A stretch of 64,000 bases of DNA from Squalus acanthias. Lineage: Eukaryota. The notes below the pieces were generated by a model. That model did no database searches, was not told the origin of the DNA, and was given only the letters and a program-made list of their open reading frames with translations. The translations under genes and the position numbers were made by a program. The stretch covers positions 38,130,001 to 38,194,000 of the forward strand of contig CM059440.1 in NCBI GenBank assembly GCA_030390025.1. The letters are read 5' to 3'. Below, piece after piece: positions 35,673-47,969 of the stretch (the stretch's first letter is position 1; each line of letters opens with the position of its first letter).

Positions 35673-37756
35673 CATGTATGTATGTTAGTACATGTGGCAG
35701 GGGTAAGAATTTTCATCTACTCAGCCAAGAAGGGATTTGGGGTTTCGGCTGCATTAAGTTTATAATATGGAATCCGTTTCAGAAGTGTTAATTCTAAAGG
35801 GTCCAGGGCTGGAGCTGTGGGGACAAAGAAGGCATAGTTATGTTAATGAGCTCTCTCAAAAGTTAATGAGCCAGCTATCGAGACTGTTATCCTGAACAAT
35901 CTGGGACAATAGGTGGGTTGTTCCCACATTGCGGGATGTCCAGTAGGCATTCACATATGAATGTGTTGTCAGTGACTGAATTCATGCATACACAGCGGGT
36001 CTGATCTGGACCAAATTAGGGGGCGGTAGTCAGTTTAATTGACAGCCCTATTAGCCAATCCCCAGACACAGAGCAGGTCAGAGGTCAAGCTGCTGACTTT
36101 CTGTCCAGCTCGGATACAAAGGGCAGAAGCACACGGCCTATCGCCCAGCTCTAGAACGTCGACTGAGAGAGACAGATGAGGGCCAAGCTTTCCTTAAAAT
36201 ATTGCTGACTAGATCCAGAGGAAACTCTGGATAGAAAAGTTAATTTAGGCAACTAACAGGGATAGTATGGCTCATTTTGTTTTCTATACTATCAGTTAGG
36301 TAGAAGTGAGGTGAGGTTTACTATAAATTTTATTTTGTGGGTTCACTTAACAATTGTAAATAAACCGAGTTGTTGATTTTTACATTCAGTCATGTCCTAC
36401 TAAAGTGTGAATCAGTCCACCTTTTCGAAGATTGCAGAATCACATGTGGAAGGACATAACAAGCTTGTTTACATCGCTACGGCCCCCTGGGTCAGACGGC
36501 ATTATGACTAGATATTGGGCTGTTCAAGGTAAACTCCTGATTGTAAGGGACATGGGATCCACTTATGGGAAACACTCGTGATGCTACGCCCAAGAGAATT
36601 TCTGGAGCAGACCAGATATATGTAGCATTGCATTTAACCTGTATGTGCATTTTTGTGTGTTTTTGTCTCTCTTGATGTGACTGTTATAGGTGCTTGTGCA
36701 GTTTTCTTCCCAATACAATTATTTTGCTTTGTGCGATTCGCAAAACCTTCTTAACATTTTAATGGGATGGATTTATTGAGCATTATTCCTTTTCTTTCCT
36801 AGTTGAAGCCGATTTATCATGTTAAAGTCCTGTAGAATTGCATCTGACTCTGATGATGTACCTGATGGCTAAACCAGTGGCGTTGACCTGACCTTCCTCT
36901 TAACTGGAATGTGAAGATATTCGTTCAGTGTGATTTCTAATCATCTGTCTGTTCCCCACATGTGTTCATCTTGTTACGTCATGTGTTACCGTGTTTCATT
37001 TGTCTTGTTACATTTGTGCATATTTTTTTCATCATCCATCGCCTCTGCTGCGACCTAGCCGCCCCCCCCCCCCTGCCGAGCTTCATCCTCTGGTCTGGAA
37101 GGTGGGGCACTCGAGCCCAATAGGAGGACCGTGTTTTGCTTTCCCCACCCCCCTCCCCCTCCCCCTCCGCCCCTGCCATCAATCTTGTGTGTTTGGGGCA
37201 GTATAGGCACAATTCAAATGGTGAGCTTGGTGCTGAGCTTCCTCTTAACTCTCATAGCGAGAGAGAAAGAGAGAGACAATTCCTCATTATTGTGGGACTC
37301 TCTATCCATCAGCAAATCTATGACTTTGCGCAACTTGGCCCATTGAAGGGAGTGACGGACAGGCCTGAGACTTGGACTCCTAACTCTTGGGTTTGGAGTG
37401 AAGTCTTCAGGCCAGTGATGTTTAGAGCAAAAGAGTATCTGACTGTGTTGACGCATGGTCCTAAATATTAAGGATGAGACACCTGCACGCTCATTGGTGT
37501 TTCTCAGTCCTCCATTTATATGTGTTCAAAATTATTGGTTAAGTGCAGCCTTGGGGGGAGGACATTTCTTTGTGGCATCCTCTCCCAGAAATCTGAGTGG
37601 AGTTGATGTGCTCCCAGCTCATGGTGTCATTACTTATGATTACTAACCAAGGGGTCACACGCAAAATATTTTTCTCAGGCGTTGGCCCTGATCCATGGTT
37701 TGAACACAGAAAAGACGGAACTGAGAGGTGGCAGTAAGTGTGACATGGTGGCGGTC

Positions 37757-37940
37757 ATCTTCAATTTCACCACTAGATGGTAGCCTGCCGGATTGGATCA
37801 CCCGCCCGTTGTAGAAGCTCCCTGATTTTCATCCCATCGATTTAATCAGAAATGGGATGAAAGCCGGGTAGGTGCTGTAATGGGCGCAAGGTCCACTCTG
37901 CCAGGTTACTGTCCAGAAGGCGACGTTGCAAATGACCCCC
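37757..37940. mobile_element. Degenerate palindromic MITE
   Basis: Imperfect fold-back centred near 37840 (tttcatcccat ... atgggatgaaa). Confidence 0.45.
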
Positions 37941-39656
37941 GCTCTCCCTCTGGGTTTTAGGATTGTGACAACTCAGTAGAATACCTTTCCCCTTTTAATT
38001 CAGGTCTGAGTTTCTTTCAACTTCAAGTAACCTTGAATCCCCTCCTCACGGTCGTTAACCCTATTACAACTTCCCAGTTTGAGTTTATTTTATTAATCTT
38101 TGCAGTGTTGGTGTTTTCTGTATCCCATAGTAGAAAAACGATCCCTTTCAACCAAATTTCATAGTCCCATCTCTTCAACTTCAATAGGCTACGCCACATC
38201 TGCTGGAATCAAGAAAAAACGAATCTATCATCAGATCCGCCGCCCACCTCCAGGTTAGGCTAAGCTCGGAGGCCCATCTTATCTCATTTTATGTTCCATT
38301 TGTTGTGTCATTTGTCTTAACGTGCTGGGAGTGGGCCTGTGCGGGGCTCTATCTGATTGTCCCCTTCAGCATGCTTGGATTTATGTATCTCTGCAGAGCC
38401 ATTAAAGCTGATTTTCACCTTCCTTGGGGAAAATTCCCTTGCATTCTTTTCCGACCTGTGCATGGTTAGAATTAGTTGTGCATCAAAGAAAATTAATTGC
38501 TTCCTATACTTAGAATATTCTCTTGCTAAACTGAAGCGCTTTCTCTACTCCAATAGCATATTATTACCTTGTGTAATAATTGTGCCACATACAGGAACTG
38601 TACTGTGGATCCCACATCATCCTGGTGGGAGTGGAATCAAAGGACTGAAATTGAGCAAGTGAAAAAATTAAGCAAGGATTTTCTATTTGCTCAGGTGCTT
38701 GCATGTCTGTTCCTCTCTATATACTTTGAACGGCTTTAAAGTTGTATCTACAGCGCACGGGCAATCCATTCCCAGAGCCAAATGGAGCTTACTTGTAAGT
38801 ATGATTACTTTTTTGATGAAATGTCTACATTCTTTTGGTCAAGAAGACCCGTTCTTCTGTGTTGAAAGAAAACAGCCATGAGGACATTTCTGTATCTCTT
38901 TGCCCCTCCCGCAAATGCGTTCTTCTTCCTGCTCAACCGCTTCTTTGTTTGCTGTGAAAAGTGGCGGTAAGTACGGTCGGGATTACTTCGCAGCCTCTGT
39001 TGGTGGTTAACAGGAAGACCAATTTCTCCAAGCCAAGATGGATGGTGTCTGTTTTAACAGCGGAGAGAGCAGTTGCACTCTTGTTAAGCATCCTGTCTCC
39101 TAGTCCAGCCCAAACTGATGTGTCCAGAGTTGCCCCAACACTGACTGACCTGGAGGAACATCATGTTGTGTTACTGTGGATCCATGTCCTTTGGGATGGC
39201 CACCTGCATTTCACCTGGGATTCTGAGCAGCTGGCACTGAGAGGAATCCCATTGTACAGTCGTACAGTCCCATCGGTGATCTCGTACACCAATGAAGTTC
39301 GTGACCATCTGGAATACAGTATTCCACTAGGTTCATTCTACGATGCCAGTAAAATGAAGAAAGATAAAAGGGTCATTCAGAGTCTTTCCAAATATTACTG
39401 AGAGAAAAACCTAGCTGGAAATTGCACTAATGTAAAGGATTATTACATAATGGCTCATGACATACCATTACCAGAATGGACTACTCTTTGGCATGACCGG
39501 TTACAGTTAAGAGCCCGAAACATTTTAAGTTCAGTCTGAAACTCTGGTGAAATGCTCTTTATCCAAAATTTTGGTTAGATCTGTTATGTTGAATCAACCA
39601 GCCCCCAAATCTGTAAAGGTTCTTTGGATCTAATCACCTTGTTTTCTATATTGCAG

Positions 39657-39776
39657 AGCATGAAATGAACCCAACGTACTGGAGGAACCAAGCCCAGGAA
39701 ACACTGAAACGGGCTCTCAACTTACAACACCTCAACACTGGTGTCGCAAAAAATGTTATTCTTTTCCTCGGGGATG
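39657..39776 (+). CDS. alpl: alpl coding exon (ALPL exon 3 equivalent)
   Basis: ttgcag acceptor, GTGCGT donor, 120 nt. Encodes EHEMNPTYWRNQAQETLKRALNLQHLNTGVAKNVILFLGDG, including the metal-ligand FLGDG motif. Confidence 0.97.
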
Positions 39777-40258
39777 GTGCGTGTTCAGATATTCCAAGAT
39801 TACTAAATTCTGTTGAGTCACCCATTGTTGACCTTAACTAAGTTAGAATTTCCTATAAAGCCTGGTTTCCGACCTGCGTTGGTAGCCGTGAACGACACGG
39901 TGGCCTAGAGCGGTGGAACTCTAGCCTGGTAGGACGTGGGTTGGTGCCGATAATGCTCCACAAAGCGAATGCCTCAGCTCAGCAGTGTCATTCTGATGAG
40001 TTGGACATGGTGGACCTTCCTCACTAATGGATGGGGAGAGAAAAATTCGGCGAGAAGTCTCCCCCAACCCTACCACCTGTCCCACTCCTGCACTTCTAGC
40101 AGTTATTGGCATCAATTATTGATCATGGGCGAGCAAGAAACGAGACCAACAAATGCATATATTATCAAAAAGATGTGGAGATGCCGGTGTTGGACTGGGG
40201 TGGACAAATGTGAGAAGTCGCACAACACCAGGTTATAGTCCAACAGTTTTATTTGAAA

Positions 40259-40295
40259 TCACAAGCTTTCGGAGCGCTGCTCCTTCGTCAGGTGA
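40259..40295 (-). ncRNA. Minimal hammerhead ribozyme motif
   Basis: Reverse complement of the + strand motif at 40451-40487. Confidence 0.75.
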
Positions 40296-40450
40296 AGTGA
40301 AGAAATGTATATCGGCACAGCATATATAGTCAGAGAACACTGCCAGACGAGTTCAGTTAATCTTTCTAACTGCCCTTTAGAAAGATTAACTGTAGTCGTC
40401 TGGCAGTGTTCTCTGACTATATATGCTGTGCCGATATACATTTCTTCACT

Positions 40451-40487
40451 TCACCTGACGAAGGAGCAGCGCTCCGAAAGCTTGTGA
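40451..40487 (+). ncRNA. Minimal hammerhead ribozyme motif, sense to alpl pre-mRNA
   Basis: UCAC-CUGACGA-A-GGAGC-AGC-GCUCC-GAAA-GC-UU-GUGA. Confidence 0.75.
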
Positions 40488-40779
40488 TTTCAAATAAAAC
40501 TGTTGGACTATAACCTGGTGTTGTGCGACTTCTCACATTTATCAAAAAGAGACAGCTAACGCTGTTGCATTTCATTCAGCACTTCCATAACTGCCTTATT
40601 TAATTGGAAATGACCAGTGCTGCACCTGACCTTTTATATAAATTGGGATCTCGAATGTAGCATGTGCTAACTGATCATTCTGTTAGATTGTATTAAGTTA
40701 ATTCTTTGCGCTCGTCAATGGGCTGAGGAGATCAGTCTCCAGTATATAATTAGTATAGTTGTTATGCTGAACAACAGCC

Positions 40780-41097
40780 CGACAACCCTTCGTGACCTCT
40801 GCGCTCCTCCAATTCAGGCCTCTTGTGCAACCTCGATTTTAATCGCTCCACCATTGGTGGCCGTGCCTTCAGCTGCCGAGGCCCTAAGCTCAGGAATTCC
40901 TTCCCTAAACCTCTCCGCCTCTCTCTCCTCCTTTCAGTCGCTCCTTAAAACCTACCTCTTTGGCCATATTTTAGTCACCTGTCCTAATATCTCTTTATGT
41001 GGCTTGGTGTCAATTTTTGTCCAGTTACGCTCCTGTGAAGCACCTTGGGATGTTTTTACTATGTTAAAGGAGCTATATAAATGCAAGTTGTTGTTGT
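40780..41097 (+). mobile_element. L2 LINE 3' end
   Basis: Same family as 1284-1540. Confidence 0.8.
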
Positions 41098-41674
41098 GCT
41101 TGTAGATGTAGCAGTTGTTTTGCAACACGGTGACTAGCTGGTTCTGAGTTAACCATTTGATATAGAGGAACAAAGTGAGACTGGTGCTGCACATCAAGAT
41201 GGGTGTTTGATTTCATCACGGTGGTCTTGTCCCGATGTCTAGATTTCTGGACAATTCCTCCACAGGCAACTAGTCTCTTCAGTGATTGTTTCTTTTATCA
41301 TTCCCCGCTCCGTGCTTTTCTCTTTGCTTTCCTGGACTTCTGAAGGTGTTGAATGCTGCTGGAGCATGGCCCCGAGTGGCCAGTGCACATGTGTGAGCAT
41401 TGACGGTGAGCGTTGGGCAGGCTAGTCCACTGTAGGGTTTCAGCGGATCCCGATCCTGGGTTAACATTTGCAGAAGTGCACTACGGTGGGTGGTTGGGGG
41501 GTGTGAAGCTCATTGGATGGTGATCAGAAGTGGGAGCTCTGCTGTTGTTTTCCTTTCCAGCCCTAACCCAGGGCTACTGAGGTCAATTATATTGTGCCAA
41601 TTGGTGTCCTGCCTGAGATCAGCCAACTCAACACATTTAATCTGGGTAACTTCCTGACCCATGTGGGTCAGCAC

Positions 41675-41818
41675 CAATGTTCCCTTTAAGTTTTCTTTGG
41701 GTGCGCGGCCCATTCAAAATACCGCGCATGCATGGTTTTTTTCTATTTAAAAGCCGGTGAGCCGGCTGCGCGGGAGCTGCAGTGCGCTGCGTGGCTGCGC
41801 AACTTCCAGGGAACATTA
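41675..41818. mobile_element. hAT-type MITE (144 bp)
   Basis: TIR CAATGTTCCCT / AGGGAACATTA. Perfect 8-bp TSD GTCAGCAC at 41667-41674 and 41819-41826. Confidence 0.85.
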
Positions 41819-41949
41819 GTCAGCACCGCACCACACTGGGCAGGCATATTCACTGACTGAGATAACAGGGAGGTTGACTCTCATGCATTGATCACACGCA
41901 CATATACCTGTGCTGCTGGACACAGCCCGAGTACACTGACTACACGTAG

Positions 41950-42761
41950 GGGCGCGATCTTGCCGGCCCTGGGGAGGCGGGTTTGGAGGTGGGACTGCCG
42001 GGAAAATGGCAGAATCTGGGGGCGGGTGCCCATCCCGCCCCCAACCTGCTTCCGTGCCATCTTCCCAGGAGGCGGGTAGCCAACCCGTGCCGGGTCCCAT
42101 CTCCTGGAGGCGGGAAGGGGATTACAGCCACTTAACTGCCTGTTAACAGGTAGTTAACAGGCAGGTAAGAGGATTATCCCCATTTTGCCCACACAAGTGC
42201 GGGCTTCCCGAAGGCTGCAAACCCCGCCAAGGTCAGCGAGGCGAGCCGTAGGTCTGCGGGGGTCAGAGGGGTGCAAACGTGCGCTGTGAAGGTGAGTGAT
42301 GGGTGCAAGTGTGGAGAGGTGAGTATGTGAGGTAAGTGGAAAGTGTTAGAAAATGTTTACTTACCTTTGTTTCTTTCTGCAGCCTTCAACCGTTGGGGAT
42401 GCGAAGAGTCTCGCATCTCACCGGCAGAGATGACGGAATGGCTGCTGCATTCTCCAATGCAACAACCATCTAATTTCTGCTCACAAAAGAGGTTTGATGA
42501 GTCTTGAATACAAGGACTCATCAAACAACAGAGAATGTCAGTGTTTGACAGCTTCACAGAGCTGTCAAACGATGACAATTCAGATGAAACGTCATACGCT
42601 GATGTTCTCTGTCACCGGCTTCTCCTTAATTGGCCTGCTAAGCCCGCTGGATCTATCAAGGGAAAATAGCGTGGGTTGGCCAGAAGTCGATGGCGGCGGG
42701 ACTAAAACCCGACAAGTGGGAGTCCCGCCTCCAAAAGCTCCCCATTGGCAAAATCCAGCCC
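41950..42761. mobile_element. Harbinger-like MITE (partner of 29397-30221)
   Basis: TIR gggcgcgatcttgcc / ggcaaaatccagccc. Confidence 0.7.
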
Positions 42762-43749
42762 AAAGTATACTACTTTGGAACTAGGCTGACTTCTGGTGGA
42801 TTCCAAGGCTTCTCTACACTATAGTGCTTCTGAATTTATTCTGAAATGAACCTAGCCCTGTGGTATCTACTTGGAGAGTTGGCCCCTGGGTGGGCAATGA
42901 CAAAACATTTTATTAGCAGAATCTGAGTTTATTCCAACATGAAAGAAACCCGATAGTAGGTTGCCGTGGCCTGTAGTGCTCATTTGCCATCTTGATGTGC
43001 AGTACCAGTCTCACTTTGTTCCATGTAGGTCTCAATAATCCAAATATATCAAATGTAAAGCTCGTCCCAACTCTTTGTAAGTGTATTTTATCTTCACATT
43101 GCACCTTCTCCGTGAACCATTTCCAGACTCGTTCTTCTGGATGAATGATAGAGTCGTGGGAAATGATTGGTGGCAGCTACTTCCAAAACATCCAAGGGGT
43201 GCCTCTGCAAATTTGCACCTACTGTAGATATCTTCACGCGCTCGGTGGTGTCGGTCGCTGCCTGAAGAGATCTGAGCGCCTGCTTTTTCATGGACGTTGT
43301 CACCCAATCCCTTATATCTGCTTGTGAGGTTGCGGGACTCAGGGGTGTAACAGTGAAACTCCCTTGTGTTCTGGATCGGATTTCCGTGTCTCACCCAGTC
43401 TCCGAGGGCAGACTGGGTTAACACCGGGTGAGGTGAAGTTTGCTTTAAATTGTAAGCTGCTTTATTCCACAGTAGGTAAAACGCATAACAATGAGATTGA
43501 GCACGGTTAGCTCATTGGTACAGCTTTTGTTTGCATACTCTTACAAAAATAGTTCTGGCCCACTCCAATGGGTCACCTAACTCAACTTAAGATCACAATC
43601 TCTCCACCCTGTCCTGCTGCCCAGGGCAATACTAATTGTAGCTAAAGTTAAGATACAGAGACAGAAAGCTAGATCTGGACAAACATTGAGAGAAAGGAAG
43701 CGCTCCATGCTGAGGTGCTGACTGCCCGAGCATCTTTGTTCTTTTTCAG

Positions 43750-43865
43750 GTATGGGAATACCCACAGTGACTGCTGCTCGAATTCTGAAAGGCCAGCTGG
43801 AAAACAAAAGTGGAGAGGAAGGTTTCTTGGAAATGGATAAGTTCCCGCACGTGGCTCTTTCAAAG
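43750..43865 (+). CDS. alpl: alpl coding exon (exon 4 equivalent)
   Basis: ttttcag acceptor, GTAGTT donor, 116 nt. Encodes [39 protein letters not shown]. Confidence 0.97.
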
Positions 43866-44303
43866 GTAGTTCATTATCTATAGCAAGTTTGTGTTGATCT
43901 TCTGCCCAATTATTGCCAAGAACTTTCAGTCTTCAAGGCCACCTGCCACACTTGAAATTTATCTCTCATGGTCCTTGGAGGACTACACTATTGGTAACAC
44001 ATGTCATAAATTTCTAAGTTATTAAAAAAAATGCTTTCCCCTTCATAAAGTGGAAAAAAAGTCTTCATTCTCCCTTGGGTGAGTCAAGATAAACTCTTGG
44101 AAAGGAAATAACCCCTGCCTTAGCAGATGCCTTAACAACAAGATTGTTTCCTCCCTGACTGCCCTGTGGAATTCTGGCATAAAGTGCAGTGGAACTGACT
44201 GTAAATGGGTTATGTAATTGTTTCTGGTGAAATAACTAACACCCAGAGTGACGGGAATGCACATTTTTAATCTTATTTTTATTCTTTGGATGAACTTAAG
44301 TTG

Positions 44304-44829
44304 CTCCACTCCCACTCTGACCTCTCCGTCCTCGGCCTCTTACACTGTTCCGGTGAAGCTCAACATAAGCTCGAGGAACAGCACCTCATCTTTCGATTAG
44401 GCACTTTACAGCCTTCTGGACTCAACGTCGAGTTCAACAATTTCAGACCATAACCTCTGCCCCTATCTTTTTTTCATTTTTTTTTTCTCTCTCTCACATG
44501 GCAGCTGTCGATCATTCTGCCATCGCCATTTACACTTCATCTAGAGCCATCTTTTGTTTCTTAACTTGTCCCATTACCATCTCCTTTTGCCTTGCACCAT
44601 CATCCCTTTTGTCTCTTAATCTCTCCTGCCTTCCACCCTATCACAGACCTTCCCTTTTGTTCTTTCCTCCCCTCCCCCCTTTCCCTGCCCCTACACTTGC
44701 TTAAAAACCTGTTCCATCTCCAGCTTTTTCCAGTTCTGACGCAGGGTCACTGACCTGAAACGTTAATTCTGTTTCTCTCTCCACAGATGCTGCCTGACCT
44801 GCTGAGTATTTCCAGCATTTTCTGTTTTT
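44304..44829 (+). mobile_element. Penelope-like element 3' fragment (GIY-YIG C-terminus plus 3'UTR; hammerhead 44732-44768 with core change)
   Basis: Encodes HSDLSVLGLLHCSGEAQHKLEEQHLIFRLGTLQPSGLNVEFNNFRP*. TSD ACTTAAGTTG at 44294-44303 and 44830-44839. Confidence 0.88.
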
Positions 44830-44953
44830 ACTTAAGTTGTGACCTTGTTTTGTTGCCTGTATTTATTTATTGTGAAAGTGGCCCTTCAAGAGATGGAAGG
44901 ACACGTTGCAATGTTTTGACCTTGATGCCAGCTCTCTCTCTTTCATCCACCAG

Positions 44954-45128
44954 ACCTATAACACCAATGCCCAGGTACCCGACAGCGCTGGTACAGCAAC
45001 GGCCTACCTGTGTGGCGTTAAGGCAAATGAAGGCACCGTGGGCGTGAGTGCGACTTCAGTACGTAGGCAGTGCAATACCACCTTCGGCAATGAAGTGACC
45101 TCCATTCTAAAATGGGCAGAAGATGCTG
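44954..45128 (+). CDS. alpl: alpl coding exon (exon 5 equivalent, catalytic serine)
   Basis: caccag acceptor, GTTAGT donor, 175 nt. Encodes [61 protein letters not shown] is the active-site motif; KANEGT is TNAP-type. Confidence 0.98.
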
Positions 45129-45479
45129 GTTAGTGTCGCGAATATTGCACACAGCCTCAGTACAAGAATGCTGACCCTTTTTTGCATTGCTTTCTGCATC
45201 ACTCAATGGGAGCGATTTTAGTCTTGTTCATCAGGGGCCTGTGTGGAGATTCAAGGAGCAGTTGTTAGCCTGTTGTAATAGGATGGAGTGACACTCACTT
45301 AGACTGTTTTATTTCACAACAACTACTTACTGGTCTGACAATTGAAGTGGTGGAGAGAAATGGTCAAGTCTCTCAGTTAAGATTTAAGGAGCACTTTTCC
45401 CTAGACCCCCACCCCCAGAAATCAGCCCCCTTCCCCAATCTAGTAAATTGAAAGAATTAATTGAACTCTGGTTCACATG

Positions 45480-45993
45480 CTCTCCTGGCTGGCTTCCCAC
45501 TTTCCACCCTCCGTAACCTTGACTCATCCTGCCCATATCCTAACTCGCACCAAGTACTGTTCACCCATCGCCCCCTGACCTACATTGGTTCCCAGACCGA
45601 CAACACCTCCGATTTAAAATTCTGATCCTTCTTTTCAAATCCCTCCGTGGCCACGCCCTCCCAATCTCTGTAACCTACACCAACCCGGCAACCCTCAAAA
45701 TGTCTGCACTCCTCCAGGTCTGGCCTCTTTCACCCCACCATTGGCGGCTGTGTCTTCAGCTGCCTGGGCTCAAAGCACCGAAATTCCCTCCCGGAACCTT
45801 TCCGCCTCGCTACCTCCCTCTCCTCTTTTAAGACGCTCCTTCAATCCTATCTCTTTGACCAAGCTTTTGGCCACCTGTCCTAATGTCTCCTTCTTTGGTA
45901 CGGTGCCAATTTATGTCCAATAACACTCCTGTGAAGCGCCTTGGGACGTTTTACTACGTTAAAGGCGCTATATAAATGCAAGTTGTTGTTGTT
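45480..45993 (+). mobile_element. L2 LINE 3' fragment
   Basis: C-rich ORF2 C-terminal region plus the standard tail. Confidence 0.8.
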
Positions 45994-46627
45994 AAACTTG
46001 CTATTAACACCAGGCCCTAAAGGCACAGGGATTCAGAAGCTGGTTCCTCGGGCGCTACATCTGTGCAGATGCATTGCCTCATTGCCTTTTCTCACTGTAG
46101 TTTTTTCCGCATTTAACATGCACCGTCAGAAGTTGGAAATGGGCTGTAAGCAAATTTATTTCATATAAAAACAGACCTGCAAAGTGAATGCTACTTATAA
46201 CATGCACAATAGTGCGTTAGAAAGTGGGTGGCCGCTCTGCTACGGTATGGTGCATTCAAGTATCACAACCGCACAACCAGCAGAAATCAGAGCTGGGGAA
46301 ATGTGCGTTCGGCCGTGATTCTGCTGCACAGTCGACCATGTGCCAAAACATTACCAGGTCAAATAGCTGATGATGAGACTGATGGGGAGACGTGACAGTT
46401 GAGAAGTTTAAAAACATGTTTGTTCGAAAAGAGGGAGCCATATTTTTTGAGCAATTTTCTTTAATGATACAGAACCAGAAAAAAAACGAAGTAAAAAAGG
46501 CACCAAAAGAATCAATAGATTTGACAAATGGTTTCAGCAGCCATTGATGTGGTGCTAGTTTAAAAATCTAGCTCAAGAGTGTACAGAAGCTCCCCGTAGA
46601 CCAACGATTATCAACACTTTCAGATTA

Positions 46628-46790
46628 ACTCCCTCCCTAACAGCACTGTGGGAGTACCTTCACCACACGGACTGCAGCGGTTCAAGAAGGTGGCTCACCA
46701 CCACCTTCTCAAAGGGCAACTAGGGATGGGCAATAAATGCCAGCCTTGCCAGTGACGGCCACATCCCATAAAAACGAATAAAAAAAAATC
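46628..46790 (+). mobile_element. 3' tip of the second CR1-group LINE/SINE family
   Basis: Matches 52570-52715. Confidence 0.8.
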
Positions 46791-47039
46791 TATCCCTTGA
46801 TTTTATTAAGCAATGGATCAAGTTAACACATAGAGTGGAGCTCTCGTGGCATTGCTCCTGGTTATGATATTTGGATGCTAGCTTGGCCTGTGTCTTCAAG
46901 ACAATGTCACATTAATTGTAGCTACTTATAAATGGCTGAGGTCAATCAGAGGGCACTGCTTGTAAATTTCAGGTTACAGGTCAGTGATTTGACTTTTGTT
47001 TTTGTTAAGATTGCTTTGGACCTTAATATAAAGGAAAAT

Positions 47040-47430
47040 AAGACTTGCATTTATATAGCACCTAACATGACCTCAGGTCATCCCAAAGCGCTTTAGAGAC
47101 AATGGAATACTTTTGAAGTATAGTCACTGTTGTAATGGAGGACACGCAGTGAGATACAAGGCCAGATAATTTCTTTTAGTGATGTTGGCTGAGGGATAAA
47201 TATTGGTCAGGGCACTGGGGAGAACTCCCCTGCCAATCTTCGAATAGTGCCATGGATATGAGAGGGTTGATAGAGCCTTGGTTTAACGGCACCTCTGACA
47301 GCGCAGCACTCCCTCAATACTGCACTGACATGTCAGCCTAGATTATGTGCTCAAGTCTCTGGTGTGGGACTTGAACCCACAAACCTTCTGATTCAGAGCC
47401 GAGAATGCTGCCACTGAGCCACGGCAGGCA
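47040..47430 (-). mobile_element. Deu-domain SINE
   Basis: Tail, core and tRNA head on the minus strand. Confidence 0.8.
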
Positions 47431-47969
47431 CCGAAAAGGACATGAAACTGAGGTAGTGAAAAAGCAGGAGAAAAATACAGACAAAAACTTCCAAAAAGAG
47501 GATGAGGTGGAAAGGAAGAAATGGGCCAGGAAATGGGGGAGATGGTTAAGTTCTGAAGGTGCTACTGTCAATGTTCAGATGTTATCCCTCGTGGTGGGAT
47601 CAGGAGCTAGAAGATGATCAAACAATTGCTGAGATGGAACGTTTGTGCTGAATTGAGTTCCCGAGGCTTGAACTGAGCATTAATCAATAGGCCACTGTCA
47701 TGCGTTGGGATTTTTCTTAGCCATTTTTCCACAGAAATTATTTGGAAAGAGTTACTTTTATGTGTTGGGTGTTTAAAACAAAGTGTATTCATAGAAGTTT
47801 TGGAAAAGGCACTGAGATGAAAGCTGGTTAAAATATTAATAACCTAGGCATTGATGTTGATTCCCCAAAGACTCTAAATGATAAGCAATTCATTAGCCTG
47901 TCTCAGTAATCGATAAACACCTTGGCACTGGGAAGTCGCTGGTCCCAGACATTTGGCAGCGCTGGTCTT

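Larger units (their letters stand above)
40174..40538. mobile_element. Penelope-type fold-back element, family A copy 4 (near-perfect palindrome)
   Basis: Arms 40206-40369 and 40377-40540, 7-nt loop, 2 mismatches seen. TSD TTATCAAAAAGA at 40162-40173 and 40539-40550. Confidence 0.9.

Noticed and set aside
38340-39401. Unique-looking intronic ORFs including a 146-aa ORF
   Set aside because: No recognisable domain or splice-consistent structure; possibly a decayed element that I could not assign.
40259-40487. Two almost identical 60-aa ORFs on opposite strands
   Set aside because: A consequence of the DNA palindrome; no protein features.
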